Positions 62,590-64,000 of a DNA stretch of 64,000 bases are shown here, piece after piece; the first letter of the stretch is position 1; the number at the start of each line of letters is the position of its first letter. The translations under genes and the position numbers were made by a program. The stretch comes from Rhina ancylostomus. Taxonomy: Eukaryota. The notes beneath the pieces were generated by a model. The model saw only the letters and a list, made by a program, of their open reading frames with translations, made no database searches and had not been told where the DNA came from. The stretch is from the NCBI GenBank assembly GCA_030265395.1, contig JARFYF010000074.1:45440956-45504955 (forward strand), read 5' to 3'.

Positions 62590-64000
62590 CTGCAATACGA
62601 GAATGGAAGCTTTTGAGAACAATGCCTTTGCTGTTCTAGTTTAGAGTTCAGCTGCTGCTGGTGAAACTATCAGTCACTATAATCCCGGTGCACTAAATCT
62701 CCAGCTCTAAAAGGTATTGACATGACTTATGGAAACCAGGGTTCCCAACAGAGGAAAAAGCAGTGAAAATTTCTTAAATGTGAAACAAATGAAGAACACT
62801 AATGCAACAGGACTTTGAATGCAAACAAGCAGACATCTGGCCACCCACACTGAAACCATGTTAGCTGTGTACACACATACATTTCCTCTGTACGGCATCA
62901 AGAGGAACATTTGTGGGTTAATAGTCACATGATGTATGTGCATAGTTATGGACATGTAAAGTTCTGTTTCAGACCAGGTGCAGCAACCCATGAAAAATAT
63001 ATTCCTTTTAACAGACTGGACTCAGAAACAGTAATTAGTAGAATCGACACATATTTGGCCATGCTGGCAAAGGATAAGTTTTGACTTCACATACTAAAAC
63101 ATCTCTCTTATTAAAACCATATCCCTGTGGATGAATATTGTTGGTACGAAAGTTGAAGTAAAAGCAGTCTGCCTATGTAATCCCTGAACATGTGTCTTTT
63201 ATACTTCAGAAAACACCAGAATGCCAAGCTCTCACTTACATGATACAAGGCTAGGTTGAAATTGAATTTCTGCCCACATCTTTTATGCATCACATGACAC
63301 TGGGAAGGTTTTAACAAGCAAAATGTAGTGGAAAGTCATTTTACTTTGGATGCAGATCAAGGCTGCAACAGCCCATCTGAAACACATTTGCAATGAGGAG
63401 GATAACCGGACAGTTATTAATGATCTGGCTGGGAGGTGCAGCACACTGAATGGTCTGATGAGATTGGATGGGAATCTAATCCAGACAAAGCGAAGTTCTC
63501 ATCTCCAATGGGAGTCCTGGAAAAACAGACAGTTCAAACTCCAGTTTCAACGTCAAATCCAATGCAAAAGGAGACCCTGTGGGAATGGGTGGGTCAGTCA
63601 ACAGAACACAGCCCCTCAAGAATCCAGACTGCAACCTCTTTTAGTGCTATCGTTGGCTGCCTACTTATTGAACATTTGTTCAGTGAAATGGTAACATACA
63701 CTCCATTGTACAGCTAGGGCTGTCTAAGACTGTTTGAAAGTTGTATATTAAAAACGGGACAAGGAAAATTGAAGTGGGCTGCTCCTTGTTGAGGGGCCTG
63801 TAATGGAGACAAAGAAACATGCAAGATGTGTGGAAGAATGAGTGAGAGAAATTTCTTCACTCAGAGAGTTGCAGGGCTGTGCCTGAGTCAGCTCTTCCAG
63901 GGTTAGTGGTCGAGGCAGAATCTGCAAAAATGTTGAGACTTACTCTGGAAAGGGGAATGAAGGAATTCTGTATGTAGGTATATAGGAAATAGGTTGGGTA

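Noticed and set aside
62590-64000. Semaphorin exon 1 (signal peptide)
   Set aside because: No ATG-initiated hydrophobic leader ending in a phase-1 donor was found; it probably lies beyond the window.

Overview
This is eukaryotic DNA, most likely from a cartilaginous fish (ray, sawfish or shark), judged from its repeat content: tRNA-headed V-SINE/HE1-like SINEs, CR1, Rex/Babar, L1/Tx1, RTE, Penelope and Gypsy relics. It is a draft assembly with many N gaps. The main feature is a minus-strand class-4 semaphorin most like SEMA4F. I traced 13 coding exons (62589 down to 22391), all with GT-AG boundaries and consistent phases, giving about 632 codons covering Sema, PSI, Ig and TM; the signal-peptide exon was not found in the window. 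The protein ends five residues after the TM helix (…VVFFVVNSRTT*), so it appears to lack the long PDZ-binding cytoplasmic tail of SEMA4F. A CpG-rich promoter-like region at about 2.85-3.56 kb and a possible first coding exon mark a second, unidentified minus-strand gene. Other notable structures are: Penelope-derived palindromic elements carrying minimal hammerhead-ribozyme-like motifs (several sharing a core A9>C change), a 30-bp-arm intronic hairpin, an unexplained block of inverted plus direct duplications, inverted SINEs bracketing a symmetric exon, and nested retroelement insertions. No prokaryotic-type system or CRISPR array is present. Repeat boundaries are approximate and family calls come from motif recognition, not database searches.
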